Of a stretch of 64,000 nt of DNA, positions 62,369 to 64,000 are shown piece by piece. The position numbers and the translations under genes were made by a program. This DNA comes from Lama guanicoe. Lineage: Eukaryota. The notes under the pieces were generated by a model. That model searched no databases. It was not told the DNA's origin and saw only the letters and a list, made by a program, of their open reading frames with translations. How positions within the stretch are numbered: the first letter of the stretch is position 1; each line of letters starts with the position of its first letter. The DNA lies in contig MU053881.1 of the NCBI GenBank assembly GCA_013239625.1, forward strand, positions 11,980,879-12,044,878. Reading direction: 5' to 3'.

Positions 62369-64000
62369 GCATGTAATACTTCTTTTCTTTTTTACCAACT
62401 GAATCATAAAACTGATTCAGCATCTTAGGTTTCATACATTTTACAGTTCTTGCCTTTCTACTTGCCTTGCAAATCAAAGGAACAAATCCTTTTCTTGCTT
62501 CAAGTCTTCTCGAAACATTTAATGCCAGGTTTCAAAATACTGTTAATCCAGTCTCTTACATTCTACTGTGTAAACATAATTCCAGGTGAAGAAATAGTAA
62601 TTAGAGGCACAAAAGGAAGAAAGCCACGTTTTCACCCTAAAACATGCTCAGAGCTTCAAGATTAAATAAAACTGAATGTCTCAGGTTTGAATTAAGAGAC
62701 GAAGTTGTTAATAAAAAAAAAATTAAATGCAGAATTTTTAAACAAAACCCATCATGTGTAGCTGAATACCCACTTATAATGAGGTCTTATATAAAATATC
62801 ATTGTTGAGTAAATATTAAGATGTTATTAAGATTCCTTACTAAATTGCTCAAAATCACAATTTTAAAAGGCACAAGTAAACTGAATATATCCTGATGTAC
62901 TGACCTGTAATCAAGTTACTCGCAAAAGCATTTCTCAAATCCATTTAAGATGCCAAACATTTGGAGGGTATTTAATTGACTTTTTCTCTTGAAAGATACT
63001 CAAGTGGAATGTAAACACATATAGCCAAGCATACATGCCAGGATGGTAGCCTCACTCTCTTAGTCTCTTAGCCTTTCTATAAATACCAAGAACTTTCTAT
63101 CTGAGTTATACTAGATCGATCGTTATGGGATGAACTAACTCCTGTTCGTGTCCATCTTGGGAACTACGATAAACACCAGGATTTTCCAAGCATGTCTTTC
63201 TTTTTGTTCTTTTTGCAAAAAAAAAAAAAATTACAATTGAAGAATCCTCAGGACGCAAATTATAGATGAAATTAAAACCAACAGAAGAGAAAGACATACA
63301 TGATTTGAGGCAACTTTCCTCTCACTTAACTATGCATTTGAAAGAAGAAACTATTTTGTTCCAGCATAATACCGTCACTTGTAATTTTCCATGATTTCAA
63401 TAAATTTAGGATATCAGCTACTTCCTATTCTTTATTGTCTACTTCTATTATCTGCATCCATTCAACGTGAGGAAGACAGACAGACAGGTGGACAGATATA
63501 GAAATACAGGCCTCAAAAATGAATCCATTTTTCAATTAATTTTCATTAATTATATTATTTAGAACAGAAACCTGTATGGGGTAAGGGCAGCAAGATAATA
63601 ATCTGTAATTACGTAACAACTTTCTCAGAAGACTTCAACACATTTGTAATCTTTGCAATTTGTAGGCCCAGTTTTCATATGGCAAATTGAAGTAAAATAT
63701 GTATATAATGTCAAACTGTTTGAGATGACAAAACTTTCATGAGCGATCTGTCCATCAAATGCCTGCCAATCAAGTGAATTTATTGATTTATTATTCACTT
63801 GTTTTAAATCACTGGTTGTTTAAAAATATTTTATTTTCATATTCTATTTATTTGACATAAATTGGCCTATATTTAATATTGTAAAGAGCACACAACATTC
63901 ATTAGAAACCAACCTTCTGTCCTAAAAGATACTTCAAGCCAGTCTATTACATAGGAATATTTTGTGGATGGTTGAACTTCATTTGTAATTGCTACAAAAG

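Noticed and set aside
1..64000. CRISPR arrays, operons, rRNA, NUMT, CpG-island promoter or ERV coding sequence
   Set aside because: None seen; mammalian repeat-rich DNA, and the only LTR sequences are MaLR relics

Overview
AT-rich, CpG-poor mammalian DNA that is intronic or intergenic. It is most likely from a camelid (camel/llama/alpaca): there are three tRNA-derived Vic-1-like SINEs, and I saw no Alu, Bov-B/Bov-tA or PRE1. No host gene could be identified; only unverified splice-flanked exon candidates were seen. The window opens inside a young LINE-1 (1-4514, +) containing the ORF1 C-terminus, a 382-nt inter-ORF region and an uninterrupted 1286-aa ORF2 with all catalytic motifs. Two 5'-truncated sisters with TSDs follow (9051-9130, 16482-17814). 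Other repeats include older L1 pieces, a near full-length HAL1, an internally deleted but TSD-bounded L1, L2/MIR/L3 relics, hAT and Tigger DNA-transposon fossils, MaLR LTRs and microsatellites. The most interesting signal is the L1 inter-ORF region. It holds a third 75-codon ORF (211-438) directly after a strong splice acceptor. An upstream donor would splice it in frame with ORF1, and its stop overlaps the ORF2 start codon, suggesting a splicing and translational-coupling module. Repeat subfamily names are from recognition of consensus sequences, not from a database search.
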